Assembly (NCBI GenBank): GCA_041662125.1 | Contig: JBAZTA010000004.1 | Span: 64,343 to 128,342, forward strand | DNA length: 64,000 bases | Source of the DNA: Candidatus Omnitrophota bacterium | GTDB lineage: Bacteria > Omnitrophota > Gorgyraeia > Gygaellales > Profunditerraquicolaceae | Direction: 5' to 3' | Part shown: positions 1 through 8,624 of the stretch, one piece after another | How the letters are laid out: each line of letters opens with the position of its first letter | Position numbering within the stretch: the stretch's first letter is position 1 | Made by a program: the position numbers and the translations under genes | The notes under the pieces: model-generated | What the model was told of the DNA's origin: nothing | Databases searched by the model: none | Seen by the model: only the letters and a program-made list of their open reading frames with translations

Positions 1-146
1 AACGGCTCCCCGCTCTGGGAAACCTGAACTTCTATAAATTGACCGGGCCTTGCCTCCGCCGCAACCATTGGAGACAATAAAGACATTCTATAATAATTTT
101 GCGCCACCGCCGTATTGCTCACTACCTGCGCTTTTTCCTGAAACAT
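1..146 (-). CDS. pyrK: Dihydroorotate dehydrogenase electron-transfer subunit PyrK, N-terminal fragment running off the window edge.
   Basis: Reverse-strand translation from the ATG at 146 gives MFQEKAQVVSNTAVAQNYYRMSLLSPMVAAEARPGQFIEVQVSQSGEP. This matches the PyrK N-terminus, including the PGQF motif. It lies directly downstream of mutM in the pyr cluster. Confidence 0.55.
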   Translation of the reverse strand, partial: MFQEKAQVVSNTAVAQNYYRMSLLSPMVAAEARPGQFIEVQVSQSGEP

Positions 147-160
147 TGCTTTCTTCATGG

Positions 161-961
161 TCATTTCTGGCATCGGGGGCAAAAATACGTTCCTCGCCCG
201 CTCAGCGCTGTTCTTTTCACTACTGTTTTACAAACCAGGCAGGGCTTTCCTTCCCGGCCATAAACTTTATGGTATTTTACATAATCCCCGGCTGCGCCTG
301 AAAGCTGCACATACTGGTCGATTGAAGAACCTTTGTGTTGTATAGCTTCCTTCAGGGTATCTTTGATCTCTTTAAAAAGCAATTCTTTTTCTTTATCTGT
401 AAGGTTATGAGCTGGCCGCGCAGGATTGATCCTTGACCTGAATAATGCCTCAGCCGCATAGAGATTTCCTATGCCCGAAAGAAATGTTTGGTCCATCAAT
501 AACGGCTTTATCCTGGTCTTCTTGCCGCCGAGCATGACTTTAAATCTATCGCTGTCAATATCAAAAGGCTCAGGCCCCAGCCCTTGGATGAATTTCAGAT
601 TTTTCCAATCATTAATTAACCGCAACTCCCCAAAGAGGCGGCGGTCATTAAAATCTAACAATTTCCCATCTGAAAATTTAAAACTGACGCGGCTCGCCGC
701 TGCATTACCAGGGTAAACCAACTGTCCGGTCATCTTCAAATGCACGGCAAGTGATTTGCCTGAAGACAATTCCAGGATCAAAAGCTTGCCCTTACGAAGA
801 ATGTTTTTTATGGTATTGTTTTTTATTTCTTTAACAAAAGCTTCCTTCTTCGGCTCGCGGATAACCCGGGGATTATTAATAATGACATCAATGATCTTCT
901 TTCCCAGGAGCGCTTTTTCCAATTCCCGCTTTATAGTTTCTACTTCAGGTAACTCCGGCAT
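161..961 (-). CDS. mutM: Formamidopyrimidine-DNA glycosylase (Fpg/MutM).
   Basis: N-terminal MPELPEVETI, with catalytic Pro2 and Glu3. C-terminal zinc finger CLVC...CPRCQK. Length 266 aa. Confidence 0.9.
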   Translation of the reverse strand: MPELPEVETIKRELEKALLGKKIIDVIINNPRVIREPKKEAFVKEIKNNTIKNILRKGKLLILELSSGKSLAVHLKMTGQLVYPGNAAASRVSFKFSDGKLLDFNDRRLFGELRLINDWKNLKFIQGLGPEPFDIDSDRFKVMLGGKKTRIKPLLMDQTFLSGIGNLYAAEALFRSRINPARPAHNLTDKEKELLFKEIKDTLKEAIQHKGSSIDQYVQLSGAAGDYVKYHKVYGREGKPCLVCKTVVKRTALSGRGTYFCPRCQK

Positions 962-972
962 CGCCTTACTCC

Positions 973-1362
973 TTAACTTACCTTGATCCAGACTTCCCGG
1001 TTACGCGGGCCATCACTTTCGCAAAAATATATCCCCTGCCATGTACCCAGCATAAGCTGATTATTTTCAACTATGACTGTCAATGAAGGGCCGAATAGAG
1101 AAGATTTAATATGGCTGTCTGAATTACCTTCTTGATGGGCATAACCGGCGTTTTCAGGAATGAGTTTATTGAGTGTTTTAACAATGTCCGCCTTCACTGA
1201 CGGATCGGCATTCTCATTGATCGTTAAACCTGCTGTTGTATGCGGACAAAACACGACACAGAGGCCGTCGCTAACTTTACTTTGCTCAACAATTTTGAGA
1301 ACCTTCTCTGTTATATCAAGCAATTCAACGCGGTTATTTGTTTTTAGCTTTAGCTTTTCCAC
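973..1362 (-). CDS. YjbQ/UPF0047 family protein (secondary thiamine-phosphate synthase-like).
   Basis: 129 aa. Motif GLCVVFCPHTTAGLTINENADPSV is typical of the YjbQ family. Confidence 0.75.
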   Translation of the reverse strand: MEKLKLKTNNRVELLDITEKVLKIVEQSKVSDGLCVVFCPHTTAGLTINENADPSVKADIVKTLNKLIPENAGYAHQEGNSDSHIKSSLFGPSLTVIVENNQLMLGTWQGIYFCESDGPRNREVWIKVS

Positions 1363-1368
1363 TTTACC

Positions 1369-3057
1369 CTAAGCCACCTTACTATTCTTACTCTTTAACT
1401 TAATCGAAGGGTTTACCCTAAGCCCCTTCTTTTTAACATTACGCCCCTGAGACCTGTGACCCGTGACTTTTCTATGGTATTCCTGCAACGACTTAACACC
1501 CAGATTCTCTTTAACCAGCGCCTCAATCCCGTTGACCGTGGCCTGCGCTCCGGAAATCGTAGTCGTGTAAGCGATATTATAGGTGATAACACAGGAACGG
1601 ATCTTAACTTCATCCTGGCGGGGGATCCTTCCCGAAGGAGTATTGATCACCATTTGGATTTTGCCGTCTTTCATAAAATCAACCACGTTCGGCCTGCCCT
1701 CGGCTATCTTCGGAAGGATCTTTACGGAAATATTGTTTTGTTTGAGTGCCGCGGCAGTGCCGGAAGTAGACAAAATATGAAACCCAAGATCCTGAAGTTT
1801 CTTGGCGATAAAAACGATCGCGCGTTTATCCTTATCCCTGACGGAAATAAAAACATTTCCGCTGCGGGGAAGCTTCTGGCCCGCAGCAAGCTGGCTCTTG
1901 ACAAATGCCCTGCCGAAATCAACATCGATCCCCATGACTTCACCGGTCGATTTCATTTCCGGACTCAGGATAACATCGACTCCCGGGAAACGGTTAAACG
2001 GAAAAACTGATTCTTTTACCGCGACGTGTTGCGGAATAATCTCCTGAGTAAAACCGAGATCCTTAAGCTTTTCACCCAGCATAACCTTGGTTGCCAGTTT
2101 TGCCAACGGCACGCCGATCACTTTCGAAACAAACGGGACAGTCCGTGAGGCGCGGGGATTTACTTCCAAGACATAAACCTTATCATCTTTGATGGCGTAT
2201 TGCACATTCATAAGCCCTAAGACATTCAACTCTCGGGCCATCTTATAGGTCGATTCCCTGACTTTATCCAACAGGTCTTTCGATAAGGTATACGTCGGAA
2301 GCGTCATCGCGGAATCTCCGGAATGAATTCCTGCCTCCTCAATATGTTCCATAATGCCGCCGATAACAAAAGACTCCCCGTCACCGATCAAGTCCACATC
2401 AACCTCAATAGCATCTTCCAGGAATTTGTCTATCAAAACAGGGTGGTCACCGGAAACACGGGCTGCTTCAATAATGAATTTCTCCAGCATGCTTTCTTCA
2501 TAGACGATTTCCATTGCCCGCCCGCCCAGGACATACGACGGCCTGACTAAAACCGGATACCCTATTTTGCGCGCCACCTGGGAAGCCTCCTCATAATTAA
2601 ACGCCGTACCGTTCTGCGGCTGCAGGAGGTTTAATTTCTCAAGCATCTGTTTAAATCTTTTTCTATCTTCAGCAATATCGATAGCGTCAGCGCTGGTCCC
2701 CAGTATATTGACGCCTGCTTTACGAAGCGGTACCGCCAAATTAAGAGGGGTTTGCCCACCAAACTGGACGATCGCTCCCATCGGCTTTTCCGCTTCAATG
2801 ATCGCCATAATATCTTCAAACGTAAGCGGCTCAAAATAGAGGCGGTCGGAGGTATCATAATCAGTCGATACGGTTTCAGGATTACAATTTACCATAATGC
2901 TCTCCACTCCCTCTTCCCGCAGAGCATAGGCGGCATGACAGCAGCAATAATCAAATTCGATCCCCTGGCCGATACGATTGGGCCCACCTCCCAGGATCAC
3001 AACTTTCTTTTTTGGAGTATCGTTTAATTCTTTTTTATTTTGATGTTGATCCTGCAC
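1369..3057 (-). CDS. carB: Carbamoyl-phosphate synthase large subunit, C-terminal half only (second ATP-grasp plus MGS-like domain). This is a split carB.
   Basis: [26 protein letters not shown]...[24 protein letters not shown] aligns to E. coli CarB from residue ~553 onward. The C-terminal MGS-like domain is present. Length 562 aa against ~1070 aa for a full CarB. Confidence 0.9.
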   Translation of the reverse strand: MQDQHQNKKELNDTPKKKVVILGGGPNRIGQGIEFDYCCCHAAYALREEGVESIMVNCNPETVSTDYDTSDRLYFEPLTFEDIMAIIEAEKPMGAIVQFGGQTPLNLAVPLRKAGVNILGTSADAIDIAEDRKRFKQMLEKLNLLQPQNGTAFNYEEASQVARKIGYPVLVRPSYVLGGRAMEIVYEESMLEKFIIEAARVSGDHPVLIDKFLEDAIEVDVDLIGDGESFVIGGIMEHIEEAGIHSGDSAMTLPTYTLSKDLLDKVRESTYKMARELNVLGLMNVQYAIKDDKVYVLEVNPRASRTVPFVSKVIGVPLAKLATKVMLGEKLKDLGFTQEIIPQHVAVKESVFPFNRFPGVDVILSPEMKSTGEVMGIDVDFGRAFVKSQLAAGQKLPRSGNVFISVRDKDKRAIVFIAKKLQDLGFHILSTSGTAAALKQNNISVKILPKIAEGRPNVVDFMKDGKIQMVINTPSGRIPRQDEVKIRSCVITYNIAYTTTISGAQATVNGIEALVKENLGVKSLQEYHRKVTGHRSQGRNVKKKGLRVNPSIKLKSKNSKVA

Positions 3058-3334
3058 AAAAACCTCCTAACCTCATGATTTATTATATGGTCACCGGCAA
3101 CCGAACACCTTTTAAATTTGTCCCGCCTCGTAAGATGTGTAAAAATTCTCTTCGATAATTTTTGCACACTCGGCGGGATAATTTGGCAATACTATTGCCG
3201 AGGCAAATTTATGCGCCTGGCGGGAATTAAGCTCCACACGCTTTTATCTAGCGCAATCCTTCGAAGCTACACCGCAGCTTTACCTGTCGATTAGCGTAGA
3301 AGGGCGAACCTTTTCCCCGCGTATTTTAAAGTAG

Positions 3335-3406
3335 TGCGCCTGGCGGGAATCGAACCTGCACACCCAGCTCCGGAGGCTGGTGCCCTATCCTTTGGGCCAC
3401 AGGCGC
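3335..3406 (-). tRNA. tRNA-Arg (anticodon CCG).
   Basis: The reverse complement folds as a cloverleaf: acceptor GCGCCUG/CAGGCGC, D-arm GCCCAAAGGAUAGGGC, anticodon loop CUCCGGA (CCG), T-loop UUCGAUU. No encoded CCA. Confidence 0.85.
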
Positions 3407-3407
3407 A

Positions 3408-4649
3408 TTAAAATAAACTCAATTGCTGCTCTTGGGCTTCCGGTTTTGAATCTTTTCCGCCAAAAATCGAAATGACACCATACTCTCCGTCATAACCTGC
3501 TTTAATACTGACTTTCCCTTCGCGTACCCGTAACACCCCTTCGGCAATACGTTTAGGCAAGCCTCTCTGCAGCTCTTCCCGGGAAGCCCTCAACAATATA
3601 TCAAATTCCGTGCCGAATTTTGCCACCAGGCTCATATATTCACGCTCAACAGAAACAGAAGCCTTCGCTACTCCTTTTGCTTCCGCAATGATCTCATCAA
3701 AGGGGATCAAGCTCTTAAAAGGGACAGTTATTTTCGGCACATACCCTTCCGGCCGGTCTGCAAGCTGCGCAACACGATTCATTACCCCGACAGTAACCGG
3801 TTTTCCGCACTTTGGGCACTTCCCCTTATTCTTTTTCGTTTCTTCCGGTGATAAACGGCTTTCGCAGAGGCGATGCCCGTCAAAATGATATTTCCCTTCT
3901 TCAGGAAAAAACTCTATCGTGTATAAAAACCTTTTATTATCTTTAGTCCTTAAAACATCACGGATCGTTTTGTAATCCAGCTCGCAATTGAAAACATTTG
4001 CCTCACGGCCTATCTTTTGAGGAGAATGAGAATCGCTGTTGGATACCAGGCTGAAGCGGTCTAAAGCGCTTAACCGCCAATTCATCGCCGGGTCACTCGA
4101 CAACCCCGTCTCCAGGGCGAATATTTTTGGAGCCTGGTCCTCAAAACAATCTTCTATCCTATCAAATCCCGACATAGAGCCGAATACAGAAAACCAGGGA
4201 GTCCAGATATGCCCGGGAATAACCATGCAATTTTCATCAATATCAAAAACAATGCGCGCAAGTTCTGCCGCATCCAGGCCTAAGATCGGACGGCCGTCCG
4301 ATGCCAGGTTCCCGCAGCGGGAAAGCCTCTGGTTTATCGTATCGGTTGTTTTAAACGAAGGGCTTATTACTATAGTATGGACGCGATACGTCCTGTTGTT
4401 CTTGGAATAAATACTGCTGATCTCGGATGTTAAAATAAAATAGATACCGTTATATTTAAAGAGCCCGTTTCCCAGGTCTTCAAGCTTATTCTTAAGCTCC
4501 TCAAGCCACAAATGATAGGTAAAATCCCCGGTTCCCATCAACGTAACACCTTTAAGCTTGGCCCATTGAGCAATATGTTCAACGTCCATATTACGGCTGG
4601 TAGCCCGGCTGTATTTAGAGTGGATATGAAAATCAGCAATAAATTCCAT
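3408..4649 (-). CDS. PHP-domain nuclease with an internal Cys4 zinc finger (endonuclease Q-like, TIGR00375-like).
   Basis: N-terminal FHIHSKYSRATSRNM PHP motif. Central CESRLS...KCPKCGKP zinc ribbon. Length 413 aa, similar to archaeal/bacterial EndoQ. Confidence 0.55.
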   Translation of the reverse strand: MEFIADFHIHSKYSRATSRNMDVEHIAQWAKLKGVTLMGTGDFTYHLWLEELKNKLEDLGNGLFKYNGIYFILTSEISSIYSKNNRTYRVHTIVISPSFKTTDTINQRLSRCGNLASDGRPILGLDAAELARIVFDIDENCMVIPGHIWTPWFSVFGSMSGFDRIEDCFEDQAPKIFALETGLSSDPAMNWRLSALDRFSLVSNSDSHSPQKIGREANVFNCELDYKTIRDVLRTKDNKRFLYTIEFFPEEGKYHFDGHRLCESRLSPEETKKNKGKCPKCGKPVTVGVMNRVAQLADRPEGYVPKITVPFKSLIPFDEIIAEAKGVAKASVSVEREYMSLVAKFGTEFDILLRASREELQRGLPKRIAEGVLRVREGKVSIKAGYDGEYGVISIFGGKDSKPEAQEQQLSLF

Positions 4650-4699
4650 AATCGTTATTATCGTTATGTTTGTTAATATCGTTAAACGAAAGTAACGAA

Positions 4700-5152
4700 T
4701 TAACCTATTATCTCTTTTAATATACTACTGGCCTTGCCCCAATGTGTCCCCTGCCAATAGATCCGTGAGCATTTTTCACAGATAAAAAACTTCTCCTGGG
4801 TTTGGAAAACATATTCCGGGACAAGAGCTTTTATCTCTGCTTTATCTTTAGGCTTTAAGGCTGTATTACAGAGCGTACACCTGGTAAACATCATACCAGA
4901 AACCGGCTCAATACTCAATGTTTTTAACAGTTCCGCAACCTGTTCTTTGAGCTTCTCATTTTTGATAACAATGATCCGCACACCCCTGGATTGCGGAAGA
5001 TTATGATTACGCGTGATAATGATCCTGCTATCCTGTAATGCCTGGAGCATTAATGAACCGCTCTTATCGCCTTTAAAGTATTCTGTGTCGTAACCTAAGA
5101 TCCTCAACCAAGTTAGAAGCCTGCCTAATTCTTTGGTCAAAAGAAATTTCAT
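4700..5152 (-). CDS. Mut7-C RNase domain protein (PF01927).
   Basis: MKFLLTKELGRLLTWLRILGYDT at the N-terminus and CTLCN...CEKC at the C-terminus are typical of Mut7-C. The start is probably the internal Met 10 codons into the listed ORF. Confidence 0.6.
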   Translation of the reverse strand: MKFLLTKELGRLLTWLRILGYDTEYFKGDKSGSLMLQALQDSRIIITRNHNLPQSRGVRIIVIKNEKLKEQVAELLKTLSIEPVSGMMFTRCTLCNTALKPKDKAEIKALVPEYVFQTQEKFFICEKCSRIYWQGTHWGKASSILKEIIG

Positions 5153-5197
5153 CTGCGTGAATCCTCTAAGGAAACAAAGCAAAAGATAAAAGGGATA

Positions 5198-6478
5198 TTA
5201 CCCGGCGCTCTGATACGCCAACTTGCCGTTACAAATCGTATAGATAACTACCCCTGAGAGGTTCTTTCCCAGAAACGCGGAATTTTTAGACAGGGAGGCG
5301 ATATTTTCTTTTTGCACGCTCCACTTTTGATCCGGAGAAACAACAATGATATCGGCATCACTACCGCTCGATAATGTCCCTTTATTAATGCCTAATATCC
5401 GCGCCGGGTTCAATGACAATGCGGCCACCAGAACATCCCAGCTTATGATACCAGGAGAAACCAATTCAGTGATACTAACCGCTAATTCGGTTTCTAAGCC
5501 GATAACACCGAATTCCGCGCGGTCAAATTCAATTGCTTTTTCATGCTCGGTATGCGGAGCATGGTCAGAAGCAATCACATCTATCGTTCTATCTTTTAAC
5601 CCTTTTTTAATTGCCTCGACATCCGCTCTCGAGCGCAGCGGCGGATTCATCTTTAAATTCGTATCGTAGCCAAGCAAAAACTCTTCACTCAGCGAGAAAT
5701 AATGCGGGGCAGTCTCAGCAGTGACCCGGACACCTCTTTTCTTGGCGCGGGCAATGATTTCCACCGATTCCTTACAGCTGACATGGGCGATATGGACCGG
5801 GGCAGCAGTATTCTCTGCCAATTGGATATCCCGCTCAACCCTCGTATATTCCGATTCCCGGGAAATACCCCGCACCCCAAGCCGCGTCGAAATACTGCCA
5901 AGGTTGATCACCCCTCCCGCGCTTAACGACTTATCTTCACAATGGCAAATAACCGCCACGTTGCAGCGCAAGGCGCTTTTCAAGGCTTCCAGCATTACCT
6001 GTTCCGACTCAACCGATGAACCATCGTCAGAAATCGCAACAATCCCCTGCTTCTTAAGCGCAGCTATATCAGTTAATTCTTTTCCTAACCTGCCTTTAGT
6101 AATAGCGCCACAGATAAAAACATTTGCATGCGCGCTCTTGGCAATGATCCCCTGCAAGATACCTATCCGCTCAAGCGTATCCATGGGTGGATTTGTATTC
6201 GGCATTGCCAAAACACTGGTAACCCCGCCTTTAAGCGCGGCATGAGTGCCGGAAGCAATTGTTTCTTTATCTTCCCGTCCCGGTTCACGCAAATGCACAT
6301 GCATATCGACCAATCCCGGCATAACGACTTTTCCGGAAGCGTCAATAACGGTATCCGCTTTTGCTTTTATGCCAATAGCAACCTCAGCTATTAAGGTATC
6401 TTCCACCAAAACATCGCATACCTTATCTATTTTATTTGCCGGGTCGACCACGCGGCCGTTTTTAATCAGTATTTTCAT
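5198..6478 (-). CDS. pyrC: Dihydroorotase.
   Basis: PGLVDMHVHLREPG metal-binding motif. 426 aa. Overlaps the pyrB stop. Confidence 0.9.
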   Translation of the reverse strand: MKILIKNGRVVDPANKIDKVCDVLVEDTLIAEVAIGIKAKADTVIDASGKVVMPGLVDMHVHLREPGREDKETIASGTHAALKGGVTSVLAMPNTNPPMDTLERIGILQGIIAKSAHANVFICGAITKGRLGKELTDIAALKKQGIVAISDDGSSVESEQVMLEALKSALRCNVAVICHCEDKSLSAGGVINLGSISTRLGVRGISRESEYTRVERDIQLAENTAAPVHIAHVSCKESVEIIARAKKRGVRVTAETAPHYFSLSEEFLLGYDTNLKMNPPLRSRADVEAIKKGLKDRTIDVIASDHAPHTEHEKAIEFDRAEFGVIGLETELAVSITELVSPGIISWDVLVAALSLNPARILGINKGTLSSGSDADIIVVSPDQKWSVQKENIASLSKNSAFLGKNLSGVVIYTICNGKLAYQSAG

Positions 6479-7406
6479 GTTTTTTGTCTTGCCCCTGCGC
6501 TACCAGAAAAAGCACTGCCATACGCACAGCAATTCCATTGGTCACCTGCTCCAGAATAACTGAATTCGCCCCATCAGCGACTTCACTGGAAATTTCTATC
6601 CCCCGGTTTAAAGGCCCGGGATGCATCACAATAATATTCTTTTTTGCTTTTTGCAACCGCTCTTTGGTGATCCCGAAATTCTTAAAATATTCCACCTGTT
6701 TCGGAAAAGCATTTTCTCCGTCGCGCTCAAATTGCATGCGCAGGACATTCACAGCATCGGCGTTATGCAATGCTTCTTCTATATCGTGAGAAACCCTCAC
6801 TCCCATTTCTTCGATCGCCGGAGGGATCAATATCTTAGGGGCGCATACCGTAACCTCTGCCCCCAACTTTATCAAACCCCAGATATTAGAACGCGCTACC
6901 CTGGAATGCGCGATATCTCCGACAATACTGACCTTAAGCCCTTGGATATTCCCGAGTTTTTCTTTTAACGTAAACATATCCAGGAGTGCCTGGGTCGGAT
7001 GCTCATGCCAGCCGTCACCGGCATTGACAACACTGATATGTAAATGTTTTGCCAGCATCATCGCCGCGCCGGAATAATTATGGCGTATCACGATGATATC
7101 GGCATTGAGCGCTTGAATATTGGTGCCGGTATCAATAAGCGTCTCGCCTTTTTTTACGCTGGATGTTTCTGTCTCAATATTGATAACATCGGCGGATAAA
7201 CGCTTTGCCGCTACCTCAAAAGAGACCCGGGTCCGGGTTGAAGGCTCATAGAAAAGGTTCACCACCGTTTTGCCGCGCAGCGCAGGGACTTTTTTGATCT
7301 CACGCGTTGAGACTTCTTTAAAGGAATCTGCCGTTGATAAAATAAGCTCTATCTCTTCCCTGCTTAAATCATCCAGCCCCAAGAGATCTTTGCGTGTCCA
7401 AACCAT
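6462..7406 (-). CDS. pyrB: Aspartate carbamoyltransferase catalytic subunit.
   Basis: STRTR carbamoyl-phosphate binding motif (FYEPSTRTRVSFE) and HPGP/HPLP-like motifs. 314 aa. Confidence 0.95.
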   Translation of the reverse strand: MVWTRKDLLGLDDLSREEIELILSTADSFKEVSTREIKKVPALRGKTVVNLFYEPSTRTRVSFEVAAKRLSADVINIETETSSVKKGETLIDTGTNIQALNADIIVIRHNYSGAAMMLAKHLHISVVNAGDGWHEHPTQALLDMFTLKEKLGNIQGLKVSIVGDIAHSRVARSNIWGLIKLGAEVTVCAPKILIPPAIEEMGVRVSHDIEEALHNADAVNVLRMQFERDGENAFPKQVEYFKNFGITKERLQKAKKNIIVMHPGPLNRGIEISSEVADGANSVILEQVTNGIAVRMAVLFLVAQGQDKKHENTD

Positions 7407-7409
7407 GCG

Positions 7410-7949
7410 TTACTCTTTCTTTACCAGCAGCGCTTCATCCGCACCGTCTACTTCCATTAAACGAACCTCAACCGTCTCATGCAAAGAGGTAGGAATATTC
7501 TTTCCCACGTAATCAGGCCGTATCGGCAATTCCCGGTGCCCGCGGTCAATGAGCACTGCCAGCTGTATTGAACGGGGCCTGCCTAAATCTATCAACGCAT
7601 CTAACGCCGCGCGGATAGTCCGCCCCGTATATAAAACATCATCCACTAAAACCACATTCTTATCGGCTATGTCAAAATCGATCTCGGTCTTATGTACCAC
7701 CGGTTGAGAGCTCGTGAGTGAAAGGTCATCGCGGTACAATGTTATATCCAATATTCCCACCGGGATCTCTTTTTCATCAATAGTTTTAATAGCGGCCTTT
7801 AAACGCTCAGCCAAATAAACTCCGCGGCTGCGGATCCCCACGAGACAGAGATCATCAGTCCCTTTATTTTTTTCCAGGATCTCATGGGCAATACGCACAA
7901 TACTGCGGCGGATCGCTTCTTTATCTAACAACTTTGATTTGTCGGGCAT
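7410..7949 (-). CDS. pyrR: Bifunctional pyrimidine operon regulator / uracil phosphoribosyltransferase PyrR.
   Basis: 179 aa. PRTase motif [18 protein letters not shown]-terminal [18 protein letters not shown] is typical of PyrR. Confidence 0.9.
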   Translation of the reverse strand: MPDKSKLLDKEAIRRSIVRIAHEILEKNKGTDDLCLVGIRSRGVYLAERLKAAIKTIDEKEIPVGILDITLYRDDLSLTSSQPVVHKTEIDFDIADKNVVLVDDVLYTGRTIRAALDALIDLGRPRSIQLAVLIDRGHRELPIRPDYVGKNIPTSLHETVEVRLMEVDGADEALLVKKE

Positions 7950-8002
7950 GATCGTTATTTTCGTTTAGTTCGTTAATGTCGTTAGTATCGTTTCCCTTTA
8001 CG

Positions 8003-8212
8003 TTCGCTTACGCTCCTGAGAGACTCTGTTTTCCCTCGCGTAAACGCTTGAAAATTTCGCAGAAATTTTCTACGCACGCTTCGGGATATTTCGGCCATAC
8101 AACTTACGTTCGCTTATGCTATTGAGAGGTTCCGTTTTCCCTTGCCTAAACGCTTAGTAATTTCTTCGAAATTACTTGCGCAGGCTTTGGGATTAATTCG
8201 CGGACGCTAAAG
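8003..8212. repeat. Two tandem ~105-bp imperfect direct repeats (~75% identical), each holding an internal perfect palindrome.
   Basis: R1 (8003-8105) and R2 (8108-8212) both start ttacgttcgctta. The internal palindromes are gaaaatttc-gca-gaaattttc in R1 and gtaatttc-ttc-gaaattac in R2, which are compensatory variants. Confidence 0.6.
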
Positions 8213-8285
8213 TATAGCTTTAGCGTCCGCGAATTAAAAAAAATCCCAACGGCTTATTACGCAGTTGGGATATGATTTTTTAAGG
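8198..8285. terminator. A 16-bp perfect hairpin followed by a second hairpin flanked by A8 and T-rich runs. It could terminate either strand or act as the pyr leader attenuator on the minus strand.
   Basis: ttcgcggacgctaaag-tata-gctttagcgtccgcgaa, then aaaaaaaa, then atcccaac-ggcttattacgca-gttgggat, then atgatttttt. Confidence 0.5.
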
Positions 8286-8354
8286 TCGTGGACCATATTT
8301 CTCTACCTTGCCAGCTTCTCATGAGCCGACTTAAAGGTCTCCTGTATTTAAATA

Positions 8355-8384
8355 AATATACCACCTCTTGGCGTGTTTGTCAAG
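8355..8384 (-). promoter_or_regulatory. Sigma70-like promoter reading leftwards into the pyrR-pyrB-pyrC leader.
   Basis: Minus strand: TTGACA (8384-8379), 18-nt spacer, TATATT (8360-8355). This would give a ~400-nt leader ahead of pyrR. Confidence 0.4.
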
Positions 8385-8538
8385 GTAAATAGCGGCATTA
8401 ATAAGACCGGGACTTATCAATAATAAAACGCGACCGTTCAAGTCCCGGTCTTAGTTATATGGATTAAGTTCAGTTAGCGGGTGACGAGGCATGTTTCGAG
8501 CGATGACGCGAGAAACATGCCTCGGCAGGACCCGCTAC

Positions 8539-8617
8539 CTCGTAAAAATAAAAAGAAGGGGTGCTCAAGAGACGTCCTATGGGGGCTGATAAACCAAAGG
8601 GCGGGAACACCCCTTCT
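8539..8617 (-). terminator. Intrinsic terminator of the giant gene.
   Basis: On the minus strand, just after the TAA stop at 8625-8627: stem AGAAGGGGUG, a ~44-nt loop, stem CACCCCUUCU, then UUUUUAUUUUU. Confidence 0.6.
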
Positions 8618-8624
8618 ATACTAC

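Noticed and set aside
7950-8400. Search for a canonical PyrR-binding loop (ARUCCNGNGAGGYU) in the minus-strand pyr leader.
   Set aside because: No match on the transcribed strand. The only near match (TCCTGAGAGACT, 8016-8029) is on the plus strand. I therefore do not annotate a PyrR box.
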